A DNA stretch of 64,000 nt, taken from the NCBI GenBank assembly GCA_021157625.1, contig JAGGWD010000003.1, forward strand, positions 10,633 to 74,632, in the 5' to 3' direction. The notes below the pieces were generated by a model, which was given only the letters and a program-made list of their open reading frames with translations, searched no databases and was not told where the DNA came from. Origin of the DNA: a bacterium. GTDB lineage: Bacteria > Patescibacteriota > Minisyncoccia > Minisyncoccales > JAGGXC01. Positions 9,429-19,478 of the stretch are shown here, piece after piece (positions within the stretch are counted from its first letter, which is position 1; each line of letters starts with the position of its first letter). A program made the translations under genes and the position numbers.

Positions 9429-10340
9429 TTATTTATTTAAAAACCCACCAATTACTAATTCTATAGCTTCCTTTTCACTTAACCCTCTTGTTCGTAAATA
9501 GACGATTTGATCTTGAGAAATTTTTCCAACAGAAGCTTCATGAGTAATCTGAGCATCTTTATCTTTACAGATCAGTTCAGGAATTAAAGAAATTTTAGAT
9601 TTTTTATCTATCAAAATTCCTTGGCAATCAAGATGACCTTTTGAAAAAGAATGAGCTACTATTGTACTTTTTGCTTTAATTAAACTCCCCTTTCTCCCTA
9701 CTAATCTTAATTCAATTATACCCGAAGCACCTTTTTCTAAAAGATTTATTTTTTCTTCGAGATTGATTTTTGTATGAGAAGAATCACTTAAAAGACGAAT
9801 AAAAGTTGTAGAATCTTTATAAGAATCAACAGTAGTTTTTATATTCAATTGTTTGGGTGGAGAAATTGTTCTGTAGAGATAATTTAATTTACTTCCGTCA
9901 TGGAGTATAAAATGGTAGTCTGTTTTCACTTTATCATCCCTCCCCCATCTATGGATATGTTGATAATTAAAAGAAGCGCCTTCTTTTAAGACAATGACAC
10001 CTTTTGCTTTATGAGAAGCCTTTAAATGAACTTTAGAAACATTGCAGATTCCTTTTCCCTCAATATTGATCCCTTTCTCAATAACAAATAGATTGCTAAG
10101 GTTTTGATTAAACCCTTCAGAGACGATAGATATACAAGTTAAAATAGATGTGTTTATCTTTTCTTTTATCCAAACAAAATATCCATAAACAGGTTTCTTC
10201 TTAAAATACTTTCTTGTCCATTTTAACTTTTGCCATGCTTCTTTACTTGGTAGCAATATTGCCCCCTTTGGTGCAGAGAGCTTTTTAACCACTCCATCAA
10301 TCTGAAAGTAATTTGCATCTTTTGCATTTCTCATAATCAT
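9429..10340 (-). CDS. SufB/SufD-family Fe-S cluster assembly scaffold (short, minimal-type)
   Basis: The C-terminal ITHEASVGKISQDQIVYLRTRGLSEKEAIELVIGGFL matches the SufBD signature. Lies downstream of sufC. Confidence 0.8.
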   Translation of the reverse strand: MIMRNAKDANYFQIDGVVKKLSAPKGAILLPSKEAWQKLKWTRKYFKKKPVYGYFVWIKEKINTSILTCISIVSEGFNQNLSNLFVIEKGINIEGKGICNVSKVHLKASHKAKGVIVLKEGASFNYQHIHRWGRDDKVKTDYHFILHDGSKLNYLYRTISPPKQLNIKTTVDSYKDSTTFIRLLSDSSHTKINLEEKINLLEKGASGIIELRLVGRKGSLIKAKSTIVAHSFSKGHLDCQGILIDKKSKISLIPELICKDKDAQITHEASVGKISQDQIVYLRTRGLSEKEAIELVIGGFLNK

Positions 10341-11007
10341 ATTTTTCTATAATAGCCAAAACTCTTTTATAATCTTTTGCTTTACAAATAATTTTTCCCT
10401 TTATCATAACATTTGTAACAGAAGGTCTAAGAAAGTTCAAAATTACTCCAGAATGAGTAATAAGCAGTACAGAAACTCCTTTGTTTATGAGTTCTTTCTT
10501 AATGATCTTAGATACTTCCTTCAGTTTTTTGATATCAAGCCCAGTATCTATCTCATCAAAAATAACAAGCCTTGGTTTAAGATAAAGAACCTGCATAAGT
10601 TCTGCTATCTTTCTCTCTCCTCCAGAAAAATTAACATTAAATTCTCTCAAAAAAAGACTAGGATCAATTTTAAAAATTTGGTTATCCTTCTTTTTAATAT
10701 TTTCAATTATCTGAGAAAACTTAATCCCTGGAAAAGCAGGAGGCGTTTGCCAGCTTAAAACTATTCCTAAATTTACTCGGTCTTCAGGAGGAAGTTTAGT
10801 AATGTTTTTACCAGCAAAAAAAATATACCCCTTTGTTATTTCAAACCTGGGATCTCCTGCAATTGAATGAGCAAATGTTGATTTTCCGCTTGCGTTTGGT
10901 CCCAGCAGTACCTGAACTTCACCAGCTTTCATTTCAAAATCAACACCCCTTATTATCTCTCTTTCTTTGCTTTTTACCCAAAGATTCTTTATCTTGAGTA
11001 ATTTCAT
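10297..11007 (-). CDS. sufC: Fe-S cluster assembly ATPase SufC
   Basis: Walker A GPNASGKST, ABC signature FSGGERK and Walker B LVIFDEID. The 3' end overlaps the sufB-like start by 44 nt. Confidence 0.9.
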   Translation of the reverse strand: MKLLKIKNLWVKSKEREIIRGVDFEMKAGEVQVLLGPNASGKSTFAHSIAGDPRFEITKGYIFFAGKNITKLPPEDRVNLGIVLSWQTPPAFPGIKFSQIIENIKKKDNQIFKIDPSLFLREFNVNFSGGERKIAELMQVLYLKPRLVIFDEIDTGLDIKKLKEVSKIIKKELINKGVSVLLITHSGVILNFLRPSVTNVMIKGKIICKAKDYKRVLAIIEKYDYEKCKRCKLLSD

Positions 11008-11013
11008 AAATTC

Positions 11014-11712
11014 TTATTTCTTGACATTGAATTTTTCATTTAAAATATCCACGATATAATCTTTATATTTCAGTTGTGTGCTAATGCTATTGTCCATTTC
11101 TAGAGCAATAACATCCCCAAATACAAATTTAGGAAGAGTTTTTAAATAATCAAAATCGCTCAGTTTTTTAGGAAAGTGAATATCAGTGTTCTTCTCATAA
11201 GAATATCCGTTAAGATGGTTACACTTAAAATATCGCTTTGTTGCTCTTCTATTAAAGATATATATAAATTCTTTTGACCATTTTGTGGCCTCTACTTTAA
11301 AATGAGCCAAATCAATACAAAAACCTCCTATCCGAGATACATCCACTTTGCGAGAAATAAAATTATCAGTATTCATCTCAAGATAAAGCCGTTTAAAAAA
11401 TCCTCTCCATTTTTGCATTACGTTGAAACTATCCTCGTGAATGGTTAAATATAAAGAACCAAAATTTTTCACCAAAAAAGACAATTCTTCTTTTGTCATA
11501 TCATTTCTTATATGCACAAGAGGAATATCTTTAATCCTTGATTCCAAAAGCGCTTTATATATTTTTTTTCTTTGATTTTTGTCAAACCTCTCTAAGAATA
11601 AAGCAACCTTTGTTATCCCAAATTTATCTATTTCTCTTAATTTCCTCTGCCAGTGAATATCTTTATATCCAGTAATACCAACCAATATTTTTTTAGAGAA
11701 ATCTTTTTTCAT
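11014..11712 (-). CDS. Hypothetical protein (no family recognised)
   Basis: Long ORF in the coding strand run, tightly spaced with its neighbours. No motif I can name. Confidence 0.5.
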   Translation of the reverse strand: MKKDFSKKILVGITGYKDIHWQRKLREIDKFGITKVALFLERFDKNQRKKIYKALLESRIKDIPLVHIRNDMTKEELSFLVKNFGSLYLTIHEDSFNVMQKWRGFFKRLYLEMNTDNFISRKVDVSRIGGFCIDLAHFKVEATKWSKEFIYIFNRRATKRYFKCNHLNGYSYEKNTDIHFPKKLSDFDYLKTLPKFVFGDVIALEMDNSISTQLKYKDYIVDILNEKFNVKK

Positions 11713-11715
11713 ATT

Positions 11716-12957
11716 TTAGTATTTTATCAAAAAATAAATTCCTTGTCTTCTAAGACATTTTTGGCTTTTATTTTTGTCTTTCTTAAGAGAATTAATCTCT
11801 AAAAAAACAAGTAACACAACAGCAACAATACTTATTACTCCTCCCCACATAAAGGTCATATCAGGGTTTAACTGCCACAAAGCTCCAGCAATCAAACTCG
11901 AAGGAAAAGCTGCAAGACCAACTGCTGTATGGAATGTGCCTAAAGCAGTAGCTCTTAATTCCTGAGGAGATAAATCAGCAACATAAGCCCGTTGATTTGC
12001 GTCTACAATAGCATAAACTATTCCATAAAGTGCAAATAATACTATAAAAGAAGGCAATGAATTAAAAAAAGCAAAACCAAAAGAAACCAATGAGAACAAC
12101 AAAAACCCGCCCATGATAACTATTTTCCTTCCTATTCTATCCGAAAGTCGTCCAAAAGGAACAGCAAATAAAGCGTAAAAGATGTTAAAAAGAACATAAA
12201 AAAGGATTGGTGCTCCGATAGATAGCTTCCCTACAAAGAGATTCTGCACTTTGAGAATGAAAAACATATAACTGAAATTCGCCAACGCAAATATAGAAGA
12301 AATTAGAATAAAAAATCTAAGAGACCAAGGAAGACCTCCTAAGCTTATCTTCAATTCTAAATTACTTTGGGGTTTTCTTTTTTTCTCTTTTACAAAATGT
12401 AAAGGAAGCAAAGAAAAAAATGCTAAAATCGCCGCTATAAATATAATTGATTTAAACTCCAAACCAAAAAACCAAAACAAAACAAACACAGCAATAGAAC
12501 CACTAATTGCTCCAGCGGTGTCTAGCGCTCTATGAATTCCAAAACCCTCTCCCCTTTCTTTAGGCCTAGAATCAGCAATTATAGCATCTCGCGAAGCAGT
12601 TCTTAATCCCTTACCGATTCTTTCAAGACCAGCAAAGATTAAAACATGCTGCCACATCTTAGAAAAACCAAGGAGTAATTTAAAAAGAGCAGAAGTAAGA
12701 TATCCTGAAAAAACGAAAATTTTTCTTTTTCCTGTTTTGTCAGACCAATAGCCACAAAAAACTTTCAAAAGACTTGCAATGCTATCCCTTAACCCTCCTA
12801 TTATTCCGACAATCAAGCCCCCTCCTCCCAATGCAGTAATAAACATCGGCAATATCGGCATAATCATCTCACTACTTAAATCATTAAAAAAACTTACGAT
12901 TCCCAGCAGAAGAATATTTATACTAATTCCTTTTAAGTGATTATTTTTATTTTTCAT
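11716..12957 (-). CDS. MFS transporter
   Basis: About 12 TM segments and the loop motif GYWSDKTGKRK (the MFS D-R/K-x-G-R-R/K type) between TM2 and TM3. Confidence 0.85.
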   Translation of the reverse strand: MKNKNNHLKGISINILLLGIVSFFNDLSSEMIMPILPMFITALGGGGLIVGIIGGLRDSIASLLKVFCGYWSDKTGKRKIFVFSGYLTSALFKLLLGFSKMWQHVLIFAGLERIGKGLRTASRDAIIADSRPKERGEGFGIHRALDTAGAISGSIAVFVLFWFFGLEFKSIIFIAAILAFFSLLPLHFVKEKKRKPQSNLELKISLGGLPWSLRFFILISSIFALANFSYMFFILKVQNLFVGKLSIGAPILFYVLFNIFYALFAVPFGRLSDRIGRKIVIMGGFLLFSLVSFGFAFFNSLPSFIVLFALYGIVYAIVDANQRAYVADLSPQELRATALGTFHTAVGLAAFPSSLIAGALWQLNPDMTFMWGGVISIVAVVLLVFLEINSLKKDKNKSQKCLRRQGIYFLIKY

Positions 12958-13005
12958 TTAAAAACCATTCTATTCCAATTTAAGAAGTTGTTTAATGCAT
13001 GTATT

Positions 13006-13638
13006 TCAACGCTGAATCTTTTTTTGTCCTTCTAAAACTATCATTGCATGAAAATCTTGATAGATTTTTGGGTTTTTAGGAAGCTGGCTTTCAAAAAACG
13101 CTTGAAGAAAATCATAAGAGAAATTGTTGGCTAAATGATACTTTTTTGTTAATCGACGAGTATACTCATCTATTACAAATACAGGCTTATCGCAAGCATA
13201 AAGCAAGATGGAATCAGCTGTTTCCTTCCCTATGCCTTCGAGATTCAAAAGTTGTTTTCGCGCTTTATCTATGTCTTGTTTTAAAAAATTTTTAAATGTT
13301 TTGTAATTCTCTATTATAAATTTACAGAAGCCAAAAAGATATTTGGCTTTTTGTCTATAGAAACCAGAGGGTTTTATAAGCTCTTCTAAATCCGAAAGAT
13401 TATTTTTGCCTATTTGATAAATCTTTCTAATAGAGAGAATTTTTTTCTCTTCTAAATTATTCAAAACAATCTCTACATTTTTCCAATTAGTACGCTGAGC
13501 GAGAATTGCTCCTATGGCAATTTTCTCTCTTTCGTGGCTACTCTTTTTTCTTTTACACCAAAGCTTCCAGTATTTATTCAATTTTTTGTATTTCTTGCGT
13601 AACTCCAAATAAATCTTATATATATTCATTTTTCTCAT
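13006..13638 (-). CDS. HhH-GPD superfamily base-excision DNA glycosylase (endonuclease III-related)
   Basis: ILAQRTNW, the LEGIGKETADSILLY HhH motif and VFVIDEYTRR. Confidence 0.8.
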   Translation of the reverse strand: MRKMNIYKIYLELRKKYKKLNKYWKLWCKRKKSSHEREKIAIGAILAQRTNWKNVEIVLNNLEEKKILSIRKIYQIGKNNLSDLEELIKPSGFYRQKAKYLFGFCKFIIENYKTFKNFLKQDIDKARKQLLNLEGIGKETADSILLYACDKPVFVIDEYTRRLTKKYHLANNFSYDFLQAFFESQLPKNPKIYQDFHAMIVLEGQKKIQR

Positions 13639-14240
13639 TTTATTTTTCTATTTTCTGCTCTTTTAAGTTCACCAAAAATAAAAGGAAAAGTTATCAACAA
13701 GGAAAGGACAGCACCTGCGATCGCATCCTCTGGAAAATGGTAACCTGAATAAACCACAAAAAATGCTCCAAGAAAAGCAAGTAATAAACTGATACGCCCT
13801 ATTTTGGGAACCAAGAAAAATACAGGCAATGCAAGACCAAAGAGCAGCATTGTTGTTGTAGAAGGAAAGGATGTCTCCCCTACCGTCCAATTTCCTACTA
13901 AATTAACTTGAGCCAGAAGTGCGCTTGGTCGAGGCGAGAATTTAATTAACTCTCCAAACCAATAGCACAAAACTCCCCCAACCAAAGACAATATTCCAAT
14001 TATTCTATATGGTTTCAGCAACAACATAAAACCGGGCACAACAACCAAAAACGAAAGCAAAGGAACAAAAATATAAAGAAAAACAAAATCCAGCGCTGAA
14101 TGAGAAAGTTTGCCGTTTATAAATAAAAAGACCTCTGTATCTCCCACAAAAAAATCTATAAATCCTGCAAGAATTAAAACCACACAAACAAACAAAAACC
14201 TTATAAAGACTTTGGGATCTGTTTTTCTTAATAATTGCAT
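13635..14240 (-). CDS. PAP2-family membrane phosphatase-like protein
   Basis: SFPSTTT (a degenerate form of SFPSGH) and SGYHFPEDAIAG (the SRxxxxxHxxxD-type motif) within a 5-6 TM protein. Confidence 0.65.
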   Translation of the reverse strand: MQLLRKTDPKVFIRFLFVCVVLILAGFIDFFVGDTEVFLFINGKLSHSALDFVFLYIFVPLLSFLVVVPGFMLLLKPYRIIGILSLVGGVLCYWFGELIKFSPRPSALLAQVNLVGNWTVGETSFPSTTTMLLFGLALPVFFLVPKIGRISLLLAFLGAFFVVYSGYHFPEDAIAGAVLSLLITFPFIFGELKRAENRKIK

Positions 14241-14304
14241 TTTGCAGTATAAATTTAATTCAATTATTTTATTTTACCACAAACTTTTCTATTAGATGAA
14301 CTTC

Positions 14305-14336
14305 TAAAAACAAAATAGCCCCGATTTTTTTCGGGC
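14305..14336 (-). terminator. Intrinsic terminator after the M20 peptidase gene
   Basis: Minus strand reads GCCCGA-AAAAAA-UCGGG(G)C followed by UAUUUUGUUUUU. Confidence 0.6.
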
Positions 14337-14405
14337 AAAAAACTTAGAAAAGAAGGGATATTTATAAGACTATGGCAAAGTTCTGAGGATACCAAAAAAT
14401 AATTT

Positions 14406-15626
14406 TTATTTTAAAAAATCTAAAGCAGTTAAAGAATAAATTTTTGTCACATCTATTACACTTTTAATTTCCACATATTCGTTTTTATCATGCATACCTT
14501 CACCCTCACAGCCAAAATTAACTGCTGGGATTCCTTTTTCAATGAACATCCACATATCGCTCCAAGGACCGGATCCTTCTATAACTGGTTCTTTCTTTAA
14601 TATATTTTTTATATTATTTTTGAGAATTTGAACAATAGATTCTTCTGGCTTAACAAAAACCGGTGGGACATATACAATCGGAGTTAATTTATATTTTACA
14701 CCCAATTCATCGATTTTCTTTTTGATTTCCTCTTCCACAAATTCCTTTGTAATTCCTGGCAAAATTCTTGTATCCCCAAAAGCTTCACAATAATCTGGAA
14801 CAATGTTTATTGCCTTTCCACCATTAATTAAAGTAGGAAATGTTAGAACATTTTTTCTTCCTGGAAAAATTGGATGTTCTTTTGATGGAAATTTAAAATT
14901 TTGTAAAGCATTAATTATTTTTGTCATCTCAAGTATAGCGTTTAATCCTTCTTTCTTTTGCTCCCATTCTCTTGAGCCAGTATGAACAGCGTCTCCAAAA
15001 ACCTGGATTTTAAATCTGTAGCCTCCTCTATTTCCAATTGTTATTTTTCTTGTTCCTGGCTCTCCAATTATAGCTGCATCACCAATGTAACCTTTTTCTA
15101 ATAAATATCTTGTGCCAAAATGAGAAGCAGCCATTGGCTCTTCATCAATTACAAACTGCAAAAGAATCTTTCCCCTTAACACTTTCTCAAATTTCAAAAG
15201 TGCTTTTGCCATAAAAACATAACAACACAGGGCCGATTTCATATCTAAAGCGCCAGACCCATAAAGTTTGCCATCTTTAACAGTTGCCAAAAATGGATTG
15301 AAATCCCATTCATGAGCAGGTGGGACGGTATCCATATGTCCATTGAAGATTAAAATTTTCTTTCCTTGACCAAATTCGCAAACTACATTCGGTCTTGAAG
15401 GAGAGATACCTTCAAATTTTGGCTGAAGTCCTATTTCTTTAAGTTTATTAAAAATAAGTTCAGCAACCTCCAGTTCTATAGGATCATAAGGACTAGATTT
15501 CGTTGGATCATTCATATTGGGATTTACGGATTTGGCTTGTACTAATTTTTGCAAAAACTTAATTTGTTCATCTTTTGTTTTCTCAATTTCATCTATGATT
15601 TTTTGTTTAATATTGTCTATAATCAT
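14406..15626 (-). CDS. M20 family metallopeptidase (ArgE/DapE/ACY1 type)
   Basis: GHMDTVPP, GSGALDMKS and FVIDEE metal-ligand motifs. Confidence 0.85.
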   Translation of the reverse strand: MIIDNIKQKIIDEIEKTKDEQIKFLQKLVQAKSVNPNMNDPTKSSPYDPIELEVAELIFNKLKEIGLQPKFEGISPSRPNVVCEFGQGKKILIFNGHMDTVPPAHEWDFNPFLATVKDGKLYGSGALDMKSALCCYVFMAKALLKFEKVLRGKILLQFVIDEEPMAASHFGTRYLLEKGYIGDAAIIGEPGTRKITIGNRGGYRFKIQVFGDAVHTGSREWEQKKEGLNAILEMTKIINALQNFKFPSKEHPIFPGRKNVLTFPTLINGGKAINIVPDYCEAFGDTRILPGITKEFVEEEIKKKIDELGVKYKLTPIVYVPPVFVKPEESIVQILKNNIKNILKKEPVIEGSGPWSDMWMFIEKGIPAVNFGCEGEGMHDKNEYVEIKSVIDVTKIYSLTALDFLK

Positions 15627-15744
15627 AATGAATTAAAATTAAAAAGATTATCTAAATCATTCTATTAAGGAACCCGAAGGAATTACAAAGAAAGCTTTGC
15701 GGATAAAAGAAATTATTAAAGACAATTGGATAAAGAAAGTGAAC

Positions 15745-15984
15745 TTATACTTTTATCATCCCAATAACTCCTAGTATTGCTACGATTAAACCAATTATGC
15801 CAAGCCACCAGAGATATTTTAGTCTCTCATTGTAGTATCTGAAATATCCAAAAAGACTGAATAGGCAAAACAGAAATAATTGCCAAGGATCATGAAATCT
15901 AAATGCTTGAAATCCTAAGAATCCTAAAAACCCAAGGAAACCCAATTTCCATATTTGTTTTTTCTCTCCTTGTTTTTGATTCAT
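15745..15984 (-). CDS. Small membrane protein with a GFLGFLGFLGF repeat
   Basis: 79 aa with two or three hydrophobic helices. The peptide-level GFL x3 repeat is reminiscent of DUF3796-type proteins, recalled from memory. Confidence 0.5.
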   Translation of the reverse strand: MNQKQGEKKQIWKLGFLGFLGFLGFQAFRFHDPWQLFLFCLFSLFGYFRYYNERLKYLWWLGIIGLIVAILGVIGMIKV

Positions 15985-16024
15985 ATCTATAATGAATTAT
16001 CTCCTAATAATTTCACCGCTTTTG

Positions 16025-16096
16025 CTGCGGGGCCAGGGATCGAACCTGGATCAACGGCTCCAAAGGCCGCTGTGTTACCAATTACACCACCCCGCA
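16025..16096 (-). tRNA. tRNA-Gln (anticodon UUG)
   Basis: Cloverleaf read by hand: acceptor UGCGGGG/CCCCGCA with U1-A72 as in bacterial tRNA-Gln, anticodon loop CUUUGGA, T-loop UUCGAUC. No encoded CCA. Confidence 0.9.
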
Positions 16097-16101
16097 ATAA
16101 T

Positions 16102-17217
16102 CTATTTCTTTAAATCGATTGATTCAACTATAGCTAATTCCAGCGGTAGTTGAGGAATTGGAGAATATCTCATTCTGGCTTGAGCCTCTAAGAAATTGTT
16201 TAAGATCTCATAAAGAGATGATTCTTGAAATAATTTTAATTGTTCTCTAAATTTTTCTTTTTCTTCTTTAGTGAATCCAGCTACTAGCGGATCTTTAAAA
16301 TTGGAAGAGACTTTCAGAATCAAAAGTTGTCTTAGATAATTTATAAGAGTTTTGGAAAATTCATATGGATCATAACCTTTCTGAAATACTTTGTCCAGAA
16401 AGTCAATAGCTCCTTTGCTATCTTTTTGGGCAAGGAAGTCAACAAACTGACTTACCAAACTCATCTCTACTACTCCCAATAAATTTCTAACATCTTCTGT
16501 TTTTATTATTCCTTCCTCTCCTGCAAAAGTAATTGCTTGATCAAGAAAACTTTCTGCATCACGAATTGAACCATCAGAGTTGAGGGCAATCAAATTAAGT
16601 GCTTCTTCTTCGACTTTTATTTTTTCCTTTTGAACTATATTTTTGAGTTTTTTTACAATCTCTTGAGCAGTAAGTTTTCTAAAATCAAATCGCTGACAAC
16701 GAGAAACGATGGTAGGAATCATCTTATGAATTTCAGTAGTGGCCAAAATAAATATAGCATGTGAAGGAGGTTCTTCCAGAGTTTTGAGTAAGGCATTGGC
16801 AGCATCTTTTGAGAGCTGATGGCATTCATCGATAATGAAAACCTTGTATTTTGATTTGGTAGGAGAAAAACGAATTCCATCTCTTAATTCTCTAATTTCA
16901 TCGATTCCTCGATGAGAGGCAGCATCTATTTCCATAAGATCTATTGCTCTCCCCTGCTCTATTTCCAAACAAGAAGAGCACTTATTGCAAGGCTCAAATT
17001 CTTTTTCTTTGCGATTAAGACAATTAAGGGATTTTGCTAAAAGCCGTGCAATAGTAGTTTTACCTGTACCGCGAGGTCCTGCAAATAAATACGCATGAGA
17101 AACCATTCCCTCTACGATAGCGTTAGTTAAAGTTTGAACAATATGTTCTTGTCCAACGATTTCTGAGAAAGTACGAGGCCGATATTTCCTGTACAATACA
17201 AGGTTTTGTCTTTTCAT
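16102..17217 (-). CDS. dnaX: DNA polymerase III subunit gamma/tau (short form, no tau C-terminal domains)
   Basis: GPRGTGKTT Walker A, a Zn module (CNKCSSC), DECHQL and SRCQRF. Confidence 0.93.
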   Translation of the reverse strand: MKRQNLVLYRKYRPRTFSEIVGQEHIVQTLTNAIVEGMVSHAYLFAGPRGTGKTTIARLLAKSLNCLNRKEKEFEPCNKCSSCLEIEQGRAIDLMEIDAASHRGIDEIRELRDGIRFSPTKSKYKVFIIDECHQLSKDAANALLKTLEEPPSHAIFILATTEIHKMIPTIVSRCQRFDFRKLTAQEIVKKLKNIVQKEKIKVEEEALNLIALNSDGSIRDAESFLDQAITFAGEEGIIKTEDVRNLLGVVEMSLVSQFVDFLAQKDSKGAIDFLDKVFQKGYDPYEFSKTLINYLRQLLILKVSSNFKDPLVAGFTKEEKEKFREQLKLFQESSLYEILNNFLEAQARMRYSPIPQLPLELAIVESIDLKK

Positions 17218-17260
17218 ACCTAAATTAGTTTATCACACTTTGACAAAATTTCAAATCTTC

Positions 17261-17307
17261 ATCAAAAACACAAAAAGCACACCAAAAGTGGCTTTTTGTG
17301 TTTTTGA
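17261..17307. terminator. Long hairpin between the GtrA-like gene and dnaX (probable terminator)
   Basis: AUCAAAAACACAAAAAGC...GCUUUUUGUGUUUUUGAU forms an 18-bp stem plus an inner 3-bp extension. Confidence 0.5.
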
Positions 17308-17318
17308 TAGACAAACCA

Positions 17319-17948
17319 TTACTTCTTGAAGACAAAAAATTTATACCCAAAGAAATTCCAAAGATAGCTTGCAAATGCTGCACCAATCACTCCTACATTG
17401 GCCCAACTCTCGCTGGAGAACCCAAACTGAGGAGGTAGCATATTTACAATAAAGGAAGCAGCAGCTACATTTATTCCGATTCCAATTACGCTTACTATAA
17501 TAAAAGCGCCAAATTCTATCACCTTCTCTTCTGTTCTTTGCTCTTTCCCTGATTTTTCAAAAACCCACAGTTTTGCTCCAAAAAACTTAGTCAAAAAGGC
17601 TACAGTAGCAGAGATCCCTTTGAACAGAGAGTAAAAAACTCCTGCATATATCCCTGTAATTAGCATTAAAAAATTTGCCACTCCTGCATCTACTAGGGTT
17701 ACAAAGGCACCTGTTAAAAAATATTTGGCAATCTGGAAAACAACCTTAATCTTTCTGCCAATAATATAGGAGATCCAGATACCTGCTACTGCCAGAATTG
17801 GAAATAATGTAGGTAAAATCCAGTAAATACTTCTTTGCTCTATACCAAACTTTGCTGCAAGTAAACCCAATTCTTTAAAAGCTAAAAGAAAATACCAAGC
17901 AACCGCCTCTCCAATTATAGCTGATAAGAGAATATCTGTTTTTTTCAT
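17319..17948 (-). CDS. GtrA-family membrane protein
   Basis: Four or more TM helices. The C-terminal WNFFGYKFFVFKK matches the GtrA-like signature. Confidence 0.7.
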   Translation of the reverse strand: MKKTDILLSAIIGEAVAWYFLLAFKELGLLAAKFGIEQRSIYWILPTLFPILAVAGIWISYIIGRKIKVVFQIAKYFLTGAFVTLVDAGVANFLMLITGIYAGVFYSLFKGISATVAFLTKFFGAKLWVFEKSGKEQRTEEKVIEFGAFIIVSVIGIGINVAAASFIVNMLPPQFGFSSESWANVGVIGAAFASYLWNFFGYKFFVFKK

Positions 17949-18009
17949 ATATCTTTATTATACCATAAAAAAGATTATAGAAAAAATAACGAGATATGAT
18001 AAAATAAAA

Positions 18010-19431
18010 ATGATGTTGAGGGTATATAACACTCTTTCTCAAAAAAAAGAGATTTTCCGTCCGCGGGAGAACAAAAAAGTAAATCTTTTTGTTTGTGGAC
18101 CCACAGTCTACGATTTTTCTCATATAGGTCATGCTCGAACCTATATTGCTTTTGATATGATTGCAAAATATCTAAAAGAGAAAGGTTACAAAGTATTTTA
18201 TCTTCAAAACATTACCGATATCGATGATAAAATCATTAAAAGAGCAAAAGAAAAGAATATAACTCCCAAACAATTAGCAAGAAAATTTGAGAAAGAATAT
18301 TATAAGGATATGAAAGCATTAGGGATAACTAGTGTGAGTAAATACGCCCGCGCTACTGATTACATTCAGGAGATCATCAATCAAGTTAAGAAATTAATAG
18401 AAAAAGGGATAGCTTATCGCATTAATGACGGTATCTATTATGATATCACTAAATTTAAGGATTATGGAAAGCTTTCTAGACGAACTGTTCTTCAGGCAGA
18501 AGATGCAGTCTCAAGAATTGATGAGGCTAAAGAAAAAAGAAATAAAGGAGATTTCTGCTTATGGAAATTCTCAAAACCTGGCGAACCTAAATGGAAAAGT
18601 CCCTGGGGCTGGGGAAGGCCAGGATGGCATATAGAAGATACTGCTATTACCCAAAAGCACTTTGGATACCAGTATGATATTCATGGCGGAGCCAGAGATT
18701 TAATCTTTCCTCATCATGAAGCAGAAATTGCTCAAATGGAAGCAATTTCTGGCAAAAAACCAATGGCAAAATATTGGTTGCATACAGGTTTCCTTACAGT
18801 GAAAGGAAAAAAAATGTCCAAATCGCTGGGAAATTTCATTACTATTAGAGAATTTCTCAAACACAATTCACCTCAAATATTAAGGATGCTTGTTTTAAAA
18901 AATCATTACCGTTCTCCTATTGATTATTCGGAAAAAGAGATAAATCAAGCAAAAAAAGAACTTCAAAGAATTGCTGAATTAGTTGGAAAATTAAAAGATA
19001 TTGCCTCTTCTAAGAAAAAAGAGAAAAAAGATTTAGGAAGGCTAAAAAAATTGATCCAGAAAACAAAAAAAGACTTTGAAAAAAAAATGGATAATGATTT
19101 CAATACTCCAGAAGCACTCGCTGTAATTTTTGGGTTCGTAAACAAGATTAATACCCTAATAAGCAAAAACAAGTTAAAAAAAGAAGACGCTAAGAAAATT
19201 TTGGATCTTTTTGGATGGTTTGACAAAATTCTGGGGATTGGTCTTACAAAAGCCCATTATAGAGTTAGATTAAGTGAGAACATAAAATTAAAGGATTTAG
19301 TAGAAAAAAGAGAACGACTCAGAAAGGAAAGAAAATGGAAGGAAGCAGATAAAATAAGAGAAAGAATAAAAAAACTCGGCTATATAATAGAAGACACAAA
19401 AGAAGGGCCAAGATTAAAGAAAATAGATTGA
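18010..19431 (+). CDS. cysS: Cysteinyl-tRNA synthetase
   Basis: HIGHARTY (the HIGH motif), KMSKS and WHIEDTA. Confidence 0.95.
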   Translation: MMLRVYNTLSQKKEIFRPRENKKVNLFVCGPTVYDFSHIGHARTYIAFDMIAKYLKEKGYKVFYLQNITDIDDKIIKRAKEKNITPKQLARKFEKEYYKDMKALGITSVSKYARATDYIQEIINQVKKLIEKGIAYRINDGIYYDITKFKDYGKLSRRTVLQAEDAVSRIDEAKEKRNKGDFCLWKFSKPGEPKWKSPWGWGRPGWHIEDTAITQKHFGYQYDIHGGARDLIFPHHEAEIAQMEAISGKKPMAKYWLHTGFLTVKGKKMSKSLGNFITIREFLKHNSPQILRMLVLKNHYRSPIDYSEKEINQAKKELQRIAELVGKLKDIASSKKKEKKDLGRLKKLIQKTKKDFEKKMDNDFNTPEALAVIFGFVNKINTLISKNKLKKEDAKKILDLFGWFDKILGIGLTKAHYRVRLSENIKLKDLVEKRERLRKERKWKEADKIRERIKKLGYIIEDTKEGPRLKKID

Positions 19432-19478
19432 TTTCTTGAACTCCTTTTGAATTTTTGTTAGTCTCAAAAAGAGAAAAA

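Noticed and set aside
15885-15925. The GFLGFLGFLGF stretch as a DNA-level tandem repeat or slippage-prone tract.
   Set aside because: The repeat is at the peptide level only. The underlying codons differ (ggtttccttgggtttttaggattcttaggattt), so it is not a perfect nucleotide repeat or a contingency locus.
17875-18166. Minus-strand ORFs 17875..18132 and 17975..18166 overlapping the cysS start region.
   Set aside because: They overlap the well-supported cysS and GtrA-like genes, lack recognisable motifs, and look like chance ORFs across a divergent AT-rich promoter region.
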